Notes: generated by a model not told the origin, from the letters alone. 64,000 nucleotides of DNA from Parcubacteria group bacterium Gr01-1014_13 (GCA_007376295.1 VMGB01000002.1:2843-66842); one strand, 5' to 3'. Positions 39,360-49,192 are shown, counted from the stretch's first letter. Numbers and translations are program-made.

Positions 39360-39752
39360 TTAAACCTCTTGGGTAATAGTTTTTTTGCAACTCATGCAAG
39401 AGCTGGAAGTCAGTCTGGCGAGCAATCTTTTTTCTTCAATTGGTTTGTGGCAATACTTGCAGATGCCATAGTCGCCTTTTTCCATTCTGGCCAAGGATTG
39501 ATTGGTATCACGTAAGGATTTTTCTAAATTTTCTTCCAAAGAAAGATTTACCACATAGTCGGCCACTTCGGCAGCGTTTTCATCTTCTTTATCGCCGTAG
39601 TCAGGGAAAGTAGTATCAAAATCATCACCAGAGTTGGATTTTTTTTTGGCAAACTTAGCCAATTCTTTTTCGAGTTTGGTTTTTTCTTCCAAAAGCAAAG
39701 CTTTTACTTTCTTTAGGAAATCAGCTGAATAGGGTAATTTTGTCTTGCTCAT
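39360..39752 (-). CDS. DksA/TraR C4 zinc-finger protein
   Basis: YGICKYCHKPIEEKRL...CMSC with coiled coil. Confidence 0.9.
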   Translation of the reverse strand: MSKTKLPYSADFLKKVKALLLEEKTKLEKELAKFAKKKSNSGDDFDTTFPDYGDKEDENAAEVADYVVNLSLEENLEKSLRDTNQSLARMEKGDYGICKYCHKPIEEKRLLARLTSSSCMSCKKTITQEV

Positions 39753-39875
39753 AAGGGCAGGGGTTCTATTTTAGAAAAAATAAAGCAGTCGGAGCGACTG
39801 TTTTTACTGTCTGTGAGTATTTTATCAGTGAGCTGCACGGTTGTCAATAACAGCAACTGTAAGCAAATTAATTAT

Positions 39876-40213
39876 AAAAGGCGATCACCTTCTACCTCAA
39901 TTTTTAAATTGATACAGAAGGCGGATCGCCTTTGAAGATATTACTAAGGGGAGGTACTTTCTCCCTCTTAAGGAGAACTTGTACGCTACCTACCTCTGGT
40001 AATATTGAAATTTTGACCCTAACCGCTTGTGGGTAGAGCCCCAGTGTTAAAGTGACCCGAGGGTATTTAACTAATTTAGGGTTACCCGGGAAGAAGTTGG
40101 GCACGCCATTGCTTTTTTTCTATGTAAAGCAGTTGTTTGCCCAGTTCTAAATTGCAGTTTATAGGTCATTTGTATACAGAAGTGTATACATTTGAATTGT
40201 AGAATGAACTACA
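39876..40213 (-). ncRNA. Candidate structured non-coding RNA of unknown family
   Basis: Perfect promoter directly upstream, at least six hairpins, possible pseudoknot, long terminator 39876-39933, no SD-led ORF. Confidence 0.6.
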
Positions 40214-40374
40214 AAGATATTATAGCATTTTTTTCACCCTTTGTCAACTATTTGTATACACTAGTATATACAAATATATTTTAGCTGTAATTAGCTAAAA
40301 TTTCCACAGTTTATCCACATTCCCTATAGGTTATACCCAAAGTTATCCACAGTTGTATACACTAGTGTATACAA
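40170..40374. promoter_or_regulatory. Regulatory hub: consensus promoter, three TTGTATAC-N6-GTATACAA palindromes and four DnaA boxes
   Basis: TTGACA-17-TATAAT 40247-40219 (minus); palindromes at 40170, 40252 and 40353; TTATCCACA at 40311 and 40343, near-matches at 40300 and 40331. Confidence 0.8.
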
Positions 40375-40444
40375 ATTTTAATTTTTTTAAATTAACAACT
40401 TGACAAAACACCTGTTTCATCATATATTCTGTTTGGAGGTTACA

Positions 40445-40921
40445 ATGAACGTACCCCGGATAAAATCAGTCGACCAAGCAACTATTGGGTTAGTCAGTCT
40501 CATCAAAGAGGCAGTCGGCCCAAAAAACATCTACAATATCCACGAGAATTTCTTTTCCAAGCAGTTCAGGAAAAAGGGTATCCTAATGGGTGGGAAGCCA
40601 CTCATTGCGCCATTTTTGGATGGTGAGACTGGCTATGGAGCCCTGAATCGTCTGGCTGCTCATTATACAGGTAAAAATTTCGAATTCTCAAATACATTTA
40701 GCTTGGCTCGGTACATGATTGATAATTCGGCTGAAGTTAGTAAATTTGCCGGAGTTTTGGCTATGAGCGGGGACTCCCTGTGGGTATCGCCGGATAGCCA
40801 TGCTTACTACGCTCCATATGCTTTTGCGAGTGGCGATAGGCGTCGAAGCTTTAGCTTTTATGAGCTTGGTGCTAAGTTCAGTTCTAGGCAAGGGATACTC
40901 CTTTTTGGTCCTAGCGCCTAA
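40445..40921 (+). CDS. Hypothetical protein, CLec-like family, paralog of next gene
   Basis: GGAGG SD, TTGACA at 40400; ET...AL.RL.A...LA.Y...V.K...LA.S.DS.W. Confidence 0.65.
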   Translation: MNVPRIKSVDQATIGLVSLIKEAVGPKNIYNIHENFFSKQFRKKGILMGGKPLIAPFLDGETGYGALNRLAAHYTGKNFEFSNTFSLARYMIDNSAEVSKFAGVLAMSGDSLWVSPDSHAYYAPYAFASGDRRRSFSFYELGAKFSSRQGILLFGPSA

Positions 40922-41062
40922 AAAGGTGGTTAGTAAGGAGTAGATGGGGTTCCACAAGGACCCCTTTTTTAATTGACAAAACCTTTTATCCACTATATAT
41001 TTGTATTTACAATTGACGCTAAAAACATCCAGTTTTGGGATAGTGCGTCTAGGAGGAAAAAC

Positions 41063-41662
41063 GTGGAGAATACAGAGGATAAGAATAATCTCAATCGTGG
41101 GTTTTTGGTTTCCTATGATCAGTCAATGGACATTCAAGAGTTGATGAAACTATCCCTGAATGTGCTAAATAGTAGAAACATCAACTATGATATTACCCAA
41201 GAGCATTTTGACAAACTCTCGGGAGTTGGTATTCGGACAGTGAGTTTGCGGGTAGAGCCGTACCTTTTGATTGAAACAAGCGCACAGGCTGTCCTGCGAC
41301 TAGTAGCCGCGGGTCACACTTTGGCAAACCTGAAGGATCTGGCGGCCTTTATTCGTAGTTATCCCGAGGAAGCAAAAAAGTGGTGGTGGATATTTGCGCT
41401 CAGTGAGGACTCTTGGTGGGCATACCCTGATAATACTAGAGTGGTATATGCCAATATGCAGGGTTGGCTTGGTTACACTCATTGGGGTTTACGCGACCAG
41501 GTCAGTTCGTCAAAATCTGATCTAAACGGAATTCTTGTGTTGGCGGAATCCGACGAGGTATTGGAAGCAAAACGAATTCTTGCTTCAGCTCCCGTGCTGA
41601 AGAAGGGAGACAAAGTAGATCTAGATCAGCTGCAGAAAGATATTAGTAAGTTGGGAACTTAA
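41063..41662 (+). CDS. Hypothetical protein, CLec-like family
   Basis: AGGAGG SD; ETSAQAVLRLVAAGHTLANLKDLAAF..YPEE.KK...ALSEDSWW. Confidence 0.65.
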   Translation: MENTEDKNNLNRGFLVSYDQSMDIQELMKLSLNVLNSRNINYDITQEHFDKLSGVGIRTVSLRVEPYLLIETSAQAVLRLVAAGHTLANLKDLAAFIRSYPEEAKKWWWIFALSEDSWWAYPDNTRVVYANMQGWLGYTHWGLRDQVSSSKSDLNGILVLAESDEVLEAKRILASAPVLKKGDKVDLDQLQKDISKLGT

Positions 41663-41764
41663 ACCACACCCCTCAAATTCGCATCGCGGTTTGGGGGTTT
41701 TATATTTTTGACTTGTGTATCGGGGGTGATATAATTCAAAAGGCTAATTTTTACCTTAATTTGT

Positions 41765-43198
41765 ATGCGTCATATCCCTTTGGCTTTAACTTACGACGAT
41801 GTTTTAATTATTCCAAAAAGATCCACACTTTTTTCCCGAAGCGAAGCAATTACCAAAACTCGACTCACCAAAAAAGTTAATTTAAATATTCCGATTGTTA
41901 GTTCCAATATGGATACGGTCAGTGAATCAGAAATGGCGATTGCTATGGCGCGATTGGGTGGAATTAGTATCATCCACCGGTTCATGACTATCGAAGAAAA
42001 TGCCGAAGAAATTAAAAGAGTAAAACGCGCGCAGAATTTTATTGTTCCCGATCCGTATACTATTGATGTAAACAAAACAGTTGGCGAAGCAAAAAGATTT
42101 ATTGCCGCTCACGGGGTGAGCGGGCTACTCGTTACTAGTGGCGATCGCCGACTTCGCGGCATACTTTCTAAACGTGATTTTGTTTTTGTAAAAGATGATA
42201 ATCAGTTTGTGGAACAAGTGATGACTCCGAGAGAAAAATTAATTGTTGGCGGCAGAAATACAAATTTTGTGGAAGCTAAGGAAAAAATGATGATGTATAA
42301 AATAGAAAAGTTGCCTCTAGTGGATGAAAATGATTTTATTATCGGACTAATTACGGCAGATGATATTAAAAATTTAACTGAATACCCATTAGCCAATATT
42401 GATTCTTCCGGCCGGTTGATTGTCGGTGGTTCAGTAGGCGTGCATGGTGATTATTTAGAACGAGCGCAAGAATTGGTGAAAGCCGGAGCAGATGTGCTCG
42501 TGGTAGATATTGCGCATGGCCATTCAGAAATGATGTTTAATGCTTTAAAAAATTTACGAGATAAATGTGGTGACGCGCAAGTTATTGCTGGCAATGTTGC
42601 CACAGCTGATGGCGCCAGAGAATTATGTGAAGCCGGAGTAGATGCAATAAAAGTTGGCGTCGGGCCAGGTACGATTTGTATTACCAGATTAGTTACCGGT
42701 TGTGGTGTACCGCAACTCACTGCGGTAATGGAAGCCGCAGATATGGCTAAAAAATATGGCGTGCCGGTGATTGCTGATGGTGGTATTCAAAAATCAGGAG
42801 ATATAGTAAAGGCTTTGGGCGCGGGTGCAGACAGTGTGATGCTGGGCGGATTATTGGCCGGTACCAAAGAAAGTCCGGGGGTAATAATGTCGCGCGGCGA
42901 TAAAAAATATAAAGTATGTCGAGGCAGCGCCAGTTTTGCCGTGGCTCAGCGTCGCCAAGCTGTACAGCAGGAAAATAAAAATTTAAGCGAAGTTGTTCCC
43001 GAAGGCGTGGAATCGGTAGTGCCATACAAAGGGCCAGTGGCAGATTTGGTAGGCCAATTGGTGGGCGGTTTGAAGTCGGGAATGAGTTATACAAATTCAC
43101 ACACAATTGCAGAACTACAAAATAATACGGACTTCGTACAAATTACTTCTGCGGGTTCTCGCGAAAGCGGGGCGCATGATTTGATAGATGTGAAATAG
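41765..43198 (+). CDS. guaB: IMP dehydrogenase
   Basis: [11 protein letters not shown] pair, [25 protein letters not shown]. Confidence 0.95.
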   Translation: MRHIPLALTYDDVLIIPKRSTLFSRSEAITKTRLTKKVNLNIPIVSSNMDTVSESEMAIAMARLGGISIIHRFMTIEENAEEIKRVKRAQNFIVPDPYTIDVNKTVGEAKRFIAAHGVSGLLVTSGDRRLRGILSKRDFVFVKDDNQFVEQVMTPREKLIVGGRNTNFVEAKEKMMMYKIEKLPLVDENDFIIGLITADDIKNLTEYPLANIDSSGRLIVGGSVGVHGDYLERAQELVKAGADVLVVDIAHGHSEMMFNALKNLRDKCGDAQVIAGNVATADGARELCEAGVDAIKVGVGPGTICITRLVTGCGVPQLTAVMEAADMAKKYGVPVIADGGIQKSGDIVKALGAGADSVMLGGLLAGTKESPGVIMSRGDKKYKVCRGSASFAVAQRRQAVQQENKNLSEVVPEGVESVVPYKGPVADLVGQLVGGLKSGMSYTNSHTIAELQNNTDFVQITSAGSRESGAHDLIDVK

Positions 43199-43274
43199 AT
43201 TGACAAAATCATACTTCTGTATTTAAATTGAATGAACAATTCAGCGAATTTTTCGTTGGAAAAAAATAGGAGGC

Positions 43275-44255
43275 ATGCTCATGGCCGAAGACGTTACAGC
43301 ATTTGTGGAAAGAGTTGGATTGACCGATGCGCTAGAAATTTTGGGCGAGGATGTTTGGAAATACACCAAATTTTCTTTTGAACAGTGGGCTGAAGAGCAC
43401 AACCCTTGTATGTATGATCAGGCGCTAAAGGCAAAGGTCTTGGCCAAAATGGTGGAGATCGCTTCTGTTACTGAGCATTGGCTCAAGATTTGGCATCTGG
43501 CACCGGCTGATAGTGTGGAGCACAGGTTGGTCATTGAAAAAATAAAAGAGAGGCTCAATTTGTTAACCACCTTTGAAGAAGTTCAGAAGTGGCAGCCGTT
43601 TGATTTTCGCCTGGATTTTCAGGGAAAGAACAAAAAGCTAAACACGCTTTGGCTGCAGAGATTAGCAGAGGTGGCGATAGGCTTTGAACAGTGGAAAGCT
43701 GTTTTTTACGAAGCAAATAATTTGCCGACAAAAAATAGCGACGTGTCTGATTTGGCTTTGGCAAATATGGTGGGGAATGCCACAAACGGCAGACGCTGGC
43801 TGGAAGTTTATCATGCTGCTCAAGACGGTAGCTTTGCGCAAAAGAAAGCGCTTGATTATTTCTTCAATCAAGCCAAGACGTATGACGATTGGTTTGATGT
43901 TTGGTATAGAGCCAGAAATAAAGATGAAAATATGGCAAAGCTGGCGCTGGCCAAAGCAGTTCGTAGCGCCGAAACTTTTTCACAGTGGCATCAGTTATTC
44001 TCGCACCACAAAGACAACCAAACACTTCGTGATCTTTGTCTAGAAAAACTTGTGCCTCGGGCCAAAACCTTTTACGATTGGCTATGTGTTTATCAGGCAA
44101 GCGAAGGCCAGGCAAAGCTGGACGCTTTGGAGCAATTGTTGACCAAACCAGAAAATGTAGGTGACTGGCTACATATTTGGCATCATACCCCCGAAGACAG
44201 CAAAGCCAAAGCCAGGGCATTGCACTGGCTGCAAAGTTTCGTCATTAGAGATTAG
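43275..44255 (+). CDS. Helical tandem-repeat protein
   Basis: About 9 repeats of roughly 31 aa, pattern TFxxWxxVYxxA...S..K..AL.K...A; own promoter, SD and terminator. Confidence 0.75.
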   Translation: MLMAEDVTAFVERVGLTDALEILGEDVWKYTKFSFEQWAEEHNPCMYDQALKAKVLAKMVEIASVTEHWLKIWHLAPADSVEHRLVIEKIKERLNLLTTFEEVQKWQPFDFRLDFQGKNKKLNTLWLQRLAEVAIGFEQWKAVFYEANNLPTKNSDVSDLALANMVGNATNGRRWLEVYHAAQDGSFAQKKALDYFFNQAKTYDDWFDVWYRARNKDENMAKLALAKAVRSAETFSQWHQLFSHHKDNQTLRDLCLEKLVPRAKTFYDWLCVYQASEGQAKLDALEQLLTKPENVGDWLHIWHHTPEDSKAKARALHWLQSFVIRD

Positions 44256-44375
44256 TTTTGTTCATTATCCAACCAGTGTACAGAAACACTGGTTTTTTGT
44301 TTACTTTTTTACAACCTTTGTTATATAATAAGCGTACATTAAAATGTATAGGGAGGGAGAAGCTTCTGTGTTGTT

Positions 44376-46931
44376 ATGAAAAAGTTCGTTGCTGCTTTTG
44401 GTATTTTATTACTGGGCAGTTTTTTTGTTTTTAATACAGTTTTTTCTGCTAATACGGACATTATTATAAACGAAATTGGCGCGTATGCTACCAGCACGCA
44501 CGAATGGATTGAAATTTGGAACAAAGGCAGTGAGCCGGTAGATCTAACTGGTTGGAAATTTTGGGAAAACAATACCAATCATGGTTTGTCAGTTAGTAGT
44601 ACGGATGCAGTTGTATCTGTGGGTGAATACGCAGTCATTGTACAAGATGCAAATCAATTTATTTTAGATTATCCTTTTTTTCTCGGCTCAATTTTTGATT
44701 CTTCTTGGACAAGTTTAAATGAAAGTGGTGAAGAGATCGGTTTAAAAGATAGTGAAGGAAATTTTATTGAACAATTCACATATATTTCCGCCCCAGACTA
44801 TTCTCTGCAGAGACGTGATCCGTTTTTGGCAGATTATACGAGCGCCAATTGGGCCGAACATGTAAGCAGTAATACAGTTGGATTTTTAAATAATTTTTTG
44901 AATATAATTTCTACTACCACCGCTTCTTCCACAGATAATGAAGACGATGGCGTGGGTGGTACACCAACTGAGTCGGATTATAGTAATTGGTTAAATTTAA
45001 AACTTAATGAATTTGTTTCCGATCCGGATTTGGGAAATGAGTGGGTAGAAATATTTAATCTCACAACCAGCAGTTTGGATGTTGCAGGCGGATATATTTG
45101 TGATTCCAAGAACACCACTTCCACCTGCAAAATTATTAGCGGCATAATTCCGGCAAATGGCTGGTTAAAAATAGATTTACAGACTGATAGTTATTTAAAT
45201 AATACCGGGGACACAGTGATTTTGAAAAATCCTGATGGCGATATTATTGATTCTGTTGTTTATAGCGAAGATAACGCGCCGACCAAAGGCCAGTCATGGG
45301 CCCGCAGTGTGGATGGCGAAGGAAACTGGCAAATTACCACTCAAATTACTCCGGAGGCGGCTAATGTTATAGTTGCTCCAGTTGTTCAGTCGCAATCAGG
45401 CTCCGGAAGCGGTGGCGGCAGTTCTTTTGTACTGGAAAGTCCAAACACTGTCAGCAGCAGTTCCAAAAAAACTAATTCGGCCAGTACAATAAAAAAATCA
45501 AAAGAAGAAAAAAACATTGGTTTGAAATGGAAGATAAAATATGATTTGCGCTTGCGCCAAAATGAAGAAAATGTTTTTGACGCTTCCAAAAGTATAGATC
45601 CCCGCGGGGGCAGGATAAATTATAGTTGGAATTTTGGCGGTCAAATTATTTCTGGAGCCACTATTAAATATTCTTTTACTACTTCGGGAACTCATTCTGT
45701 AGTTGTCCGCGCCACCAGCACTGCTGGTACAGTCGATGAAAAGAAATTAACAATTATGGTGTATCCGGCTACAGAAACTTCTGGGTCAGGAATAATTTTC
45801 AGTGAACTTTTGCCTCGTGCCAGTAGTATAGAAGACGAATATATCCAATTGAAAAATATTTCCGACCATGCGGTGAACATGTCCAATTGGAAAATAGTTT
45901 ATAAAAACGATATTTACGAAATTCCGACCAGTACGTTTTTGTCAGCCAATGATTATTTAACTTTTTATCAAACTATCACCGGATTTACTTTAAATAATTC
46001 GGGTGCGGAGTTGTTGCTTTTGAATCAGGAAAATATTTTAATAGACCAAATGGAATATGGAAAAGCAGATGAAAATGTGGCATATATATTTAATGGTGAA
46101 AAATGGAGTTGGAAAGTTCCGACAACATCAGCCAAAGTATTGGGGATTAAAATAACAACGACTGAGAAAAAAACATCGACTTCCGGCAAATTCTTTACTA
46201 GTATTGCCGATGCTCGTGCTGGACAAAAAGGCGACTGGGCCAGAGTTAAAGGAGTAGTGGCAGTTTTGCCTGGAATTTTTGGCAGTCAATATTTTTACCT
46301 CACTGACGGCAATAGCGGTATCCAAATTTATCAAAATAAAAAAGATTTTCCGCCTTTAGAGGTGGGGGATTTGGTGCAAGTATATGGCATGATTTCGGAA
46401 GCCAGTGGTATCAAAAGAATTAACGCAAGAAGCAAGGACGATATAGATATTTTGGCTATTGGTGGCATTGTAACCAGCACAGAATTAAATGTAGACGAAA
46501 TTGATGAGGCTTTGGCTGGCGGACTGGTGCAAACAGAGGGCGAGATTACCGAGATAAAAAGCAATTTTATGTATATCGATAATGGCTCTGATGAAACGGT
46601 CGCATATTTCAAACAAGGAGCAAAAATAGATAAGCATAAGTTTAAAGAGGGAGAAAATGTGCGGGTGGTGGGTATTTTGGAGCAGACAAAGACTGGTTGG
46701 CAGATTTGGCCGCGTTCCCAAAGTGATATTGAATCCCTGGGTCCGTCGGCAGATTTACTGGCTAAAGAGAGTGTAAACAAGGCAGTTGGTGCAAAACCGA
46801 AGTATTGGACAGCTACCGCTGGCGGGGCGGCTGCCATGATATTGGCGTTTTTAGCCAGAGCACGAGGGCCGATGATGTTAGGTGGAATAAAGAAAATTTT
46901 TAAGAAAGATAAGATAGAGAACCAGCCTTGA
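44376..46931 (+). CDS. Surface protein: lamin-tail domains x3, PKD, OB-fold pair, C-terminal TM
   Basis: IINEI...EWIEIWN...VDLTGW (three variants); FDASKSIDP PKD; GSQYFYL...GIQIY. Confidence 0.85.
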   Translation: MKKFVAAFGILLLGSFFVFNTVFSANTDIIINEIGAYATSTHEWIEIWNKGSEPVDLTGWKFWENNTNHGLSVSSTDAVVSVGEYAVIVQDANQFILDYPFFLGSIFDSSWTSLNESGEEIGLKDSEGNFIEQFTYISAPDYSLQRRDPFLADYTSANWAEHVSSNTVGFLNNFLNIISTTTASSTDNEDDGVGGTPTESDYSNWLNLKLNEFVSDPDLGNEWVEIFNLTTSSLDVAGGYICDSKNTTSTCKIISGIIPANGWLKIDLQTDSYLNNTGDTVILKNPDGDIIDSVVYSEDNAPTKGQSWARSVDGEGNWQITTQITPEAANVIVAPVVQSQSGSGSGGGSSFVLESPNTVSSSSKKTNSASTIKKSKEEKNIGLKWKIKYDLRLRQNEENVFDASKSIDPRGGRINYSWNFGGQIISGATIKYSFTTSGTHSVVVRATSTAGTVDEKKLTIMVYPATETSGSGIIFSELLPRASSIEDEYIQLKNISDHAVNMSNWKIVYKNDIYEIPTSTFLSANDYLTFYQTITGFTLNNSGAELLLLNQENILIDQMEYGKADENVAYIFNGEKWSWKVPTTSAKVLGIKITTTEKKTSTSGKFFTSIADARAGQKGDWARVKGVVAVLPGIFGSQYFYLTDGNSGIQIYQNKKDFPPLEVGDLVQVYGMISEASGIKRINARSKDDIDILAIGGIVTSTELNVDEIDEALAGGLVQTEGEITEIKSNFMYIDNGSDETVAYFKQGAKIDKHKFKEGENVRVVGILEQTKTGWQIWPRSQSDIESLGPSADLLAKESVNKAVGAKPKYWTATAGGAAAMILAFLARARGPMMLGGIKKIFKKDKIENQP

Positions 46932-47006
46932 AATTTTTATGGTTTTGTGATAGTTTATTAGAGCTCTATAAAAATATTGGCAACAGAGCCTGCCCGGCAA
47001 CAGAGC

Positions 47007-47093
47007 GGAGGGGTGCGAGAGTGGTTTAACCGAACAGTCTTGAAAACTGTCGCCCATGAAAGTGGGCCGTGGGTTCGAATCCCACCCCCTCCG
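47007..47093 (+). tRNA. tRNA-Ser(TGA)
   Basis: Long variable arm, anticodon loop CTTGAAA. Confidence 0.94.
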
Positions 47094-47235
47094 CTCTTGT
47101 GCTGGGTCTCATCGCCCTTAACGGCGAATCACGTCGCAAGGCGTCACCGAATAAAAAAGAAGCGAAAAGCTTCTTTTTTGATTCAGCTTGCCAACAAGAA
47201 GCGGTTAAGCTAAGGTGTAAATATAGAGTATTAAC

Positions 47236-48381
47236 ATGCTTATGGAACCCCTTGCTTATAAAATCAGACCTAAAAATTTAGCCGAATTTATCGGCCAAAA
47301 ACATTTGGTGGAAAAAGGTAAACCACTCGAAGTTGCTATATCCAAAAAACACCTGTTCTCTTTTATTCTTTGGGGGCCGTCCGGTGTAGGTAAAACAACT
47401 TTGGCAAAAATTTACGCCAAAGCTCTTAATGCGGATTATCACGAACTTTCCGCTGTTTCTGCCAGCAAAGAAGATATAAAGAAAATTATTAATTCTGACG
47501 GCGGACTTTTTGGTCCAAAGATTTTATTTTTAGACGAGATACATCGTTTTAATAAAGCTCAACAGGATTTTTTGTTGCCCTACGTGGAGTCGGGCAAATT
47601 AACGCTAATAGGTGCGACTACGGAAAATCCAAGCTTTGAAGTTATCTCGGCTTTATTATCTCGTTGCCGGGTTTTTGTTTTAAACGAATTAAGTGATAGT
47701 GAAATGGAAGAAATAGTGAAAAGAACCGGGTTTGCTTTGGATAAGGAAGCCGAAGATTGGCTGATTAGCATGGCCGCAGGTGATGCCAGACAAGCAATTG
47801 CTATGCTGGAAAATACTCATAAGTTATATGGAAAAATAACGGTTGAGAATTTAAAAAATACCTTGCAGTCCAAACATTTGCGTTACGATAAAAAAGGAGA
47901 TGAGCACTATAATACTATCAGTGCTTTTATAAAAAGTATGCGGGCTAGCCAACCCGATGCAGCCCTGTATTATTTGGCACGGATGATTGATTCAGGGGAG
48001 GATCCAAAATTTATCGCTAGACGAATGGTGATATTTGCTAGCGAAGATATTGGTATGGAAGATCCTCATGCCTTGGTTTTGGCCAACGCGGTTTTTCGGG
48101 CGGTAGAAATTATTGGTTATCCAGAAGCAGGAATAAATCTTTCTCACGGTGTAGTTTATCTTTCTATGGCACCAAAAACTAAAGCCGTTTATTACGCCTA
48201 TTTGGCGGCCATGAAAGACGCTAAAGAGTATGGGAATTTACCAATTCCAATGAAAATTCGCAATGCCCCCACAAAACTAATGAAAGATTTGGGATATGGA
48301 GAGGATTATGAAAAGTATACTAAAGAGGACCTATTGCCGGAAAAGATAAAAGGCAAAAAATATTTTAATCCTAAGAAGTAA
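47236..48381 (+). CDS. rarA: Replication-associated recombination protein A
   Basis: PLAYKIRP, WGPSGVGKT, DEIHRFNKAQQD, ISAFIKSMR, ASEDIG. Confidence 0.96.
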   Translation: MLMEPLAYKIRPKNLAEFIGQKHLVEKGKPLEVAISKKHLFSFILWGPSGVGKTTLAKIYAKALNADYHELSAVSASKEDIKKIINSDGGLFGPKILFLDEIHRFNKAQQDFLLPYVESGKLTLIGATTENPSFEVISALLSRCRVFVLNELSDSEMEEIVKRTGFALDKEAEDWLISMAAGDARQAIAMLENTHKLYGKITVENLKNTLQSKHLRYDKKGDEHYNTISAFIKSMRASQPDAALYYLARMIDSGEDPKFIARRMVIFASEDIGMEDPHALVLANAVFRAVEIIGYPEAGINLSHGVVYLSMAPKTKAVYYAYLAAMKDAKEYGNLPIPMKIRNAPTKLMKDLGYGEDYEKYTKEDLLPEKIKGKKYFNPKK

Positions 48382-48383
48382 TT

Positions 48384-49151
48384 TTATTTTTCGCTTAATT
48401 CCTGTGAATCTGCAAAGTAAATCATCCCGTCCCTCATAAATTCTGCTAAGCCTGTGGCCACGTTTTCATAATTTACTTTGAATCTTGGGTCATCCACATA
48501 CATTTTAGCCATACCTCGGTACATTTGTAGATTCGGTTCATAGAATGTCCGCAGGCTATCATAATGTCTGGCAATTAGTTTTTGTACGGCTTCACTTTTT
48601 GGATCTTGGCCAGCAGCCATAGCCGCGGCAATTTCCAAAGTTAGTTTACCACTCTCTTCCAATACTTTATTTAAACCAGCTTTACCCATCTTTTTTACTC
48701 TTTCCTGTGATTGTTTGAATGCTTCGGTGTGGCCCCAACGTTGCTTAGCTTCTTCGGTATATTTTTCCATTTCTTCTTTGGAAAAATTTCCGTATAATTC
48801 TTCGTCTTTCATATTTATTTTTTTATTAATTTTTTTAATTGTCTTATCTATAGTTTTTATTAGCCCATCCAGGCGATTTCTTTTGAGTTTAATCAATTCT
48901 TTTTGGTCGCGTAACGCTGATTTCATATCAAAGCGGGGAGAAGAGAGGATGCGCCGTATATCATCCAAAGAAAAATCTAGCTCACGGAAGAACATTATCT
49001 GTTGCAACTTTAACAATTCGGTTTCTTCGTAATAGCGATACCCGTTGCTTTGCACCCGGGCTGGTTTGAGTAGACCCACTTCGTCATAGTAGTGGAGGGT
49101 GCGTACACTGACCCCCGCTAGATTGGCTAATTGTTGCACTGTATAAGACAT
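48384..49151 (-). CDS. MerR-family TipA/Mta-like regulator with TipAS domain
   Basis: VSVRTLHYYDEVGLL, EAKQRWG, YVDDPRF; start at MSYTVQQ. Confidence 0.93.
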   Translation of the reverse strand: MSYTVQQLANLAGVSVRTLHYYDEVGLLKPARVQSNGYRYYEETELLKLQQIMFFRELDFSLDDIRRILSSPRFDMKSALRDQKELIKLKRNRLDGLIKTIDKTIKKINKKINMKDEELYGNFSKEEMEKYTEEAKQRWGHTEAFKQSQERVKKMGKAGLNKVLEESGKLTLEIAAAMAAGQDPKSEAVQKLIARHYDSLRTFYEPNLQMYRGMAKMYVDDPRFKVNYENVATGLAEFMRDGMIYFADSQELSEK

Positions 49152-49192
49152 ATTTTGGTGTCGACCTAGTATTTTTAGACTCACCTTAACAT

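Noticed and set aside
39904-40104. 66-aa minus-strand ORF from the track
   Set aside because: GTG start without SD, runs through hairpins and stops inside the terminator; better explained as RNA structure.
39876-40213. tmRNA, RNase P RNA or 6S RNA identity
   Set aside because: No tRNA-like ends or Ala-ending tag, no GAGGAAAGTCC core, and not one long rod. A divergent family cannot be excluded without Infernal.
40279-40374. This DnaA-box cluster as the true oriC
   Set aside because: Strand-specific codon skew changes between dnaA and dnaN, not here (judged by eye).
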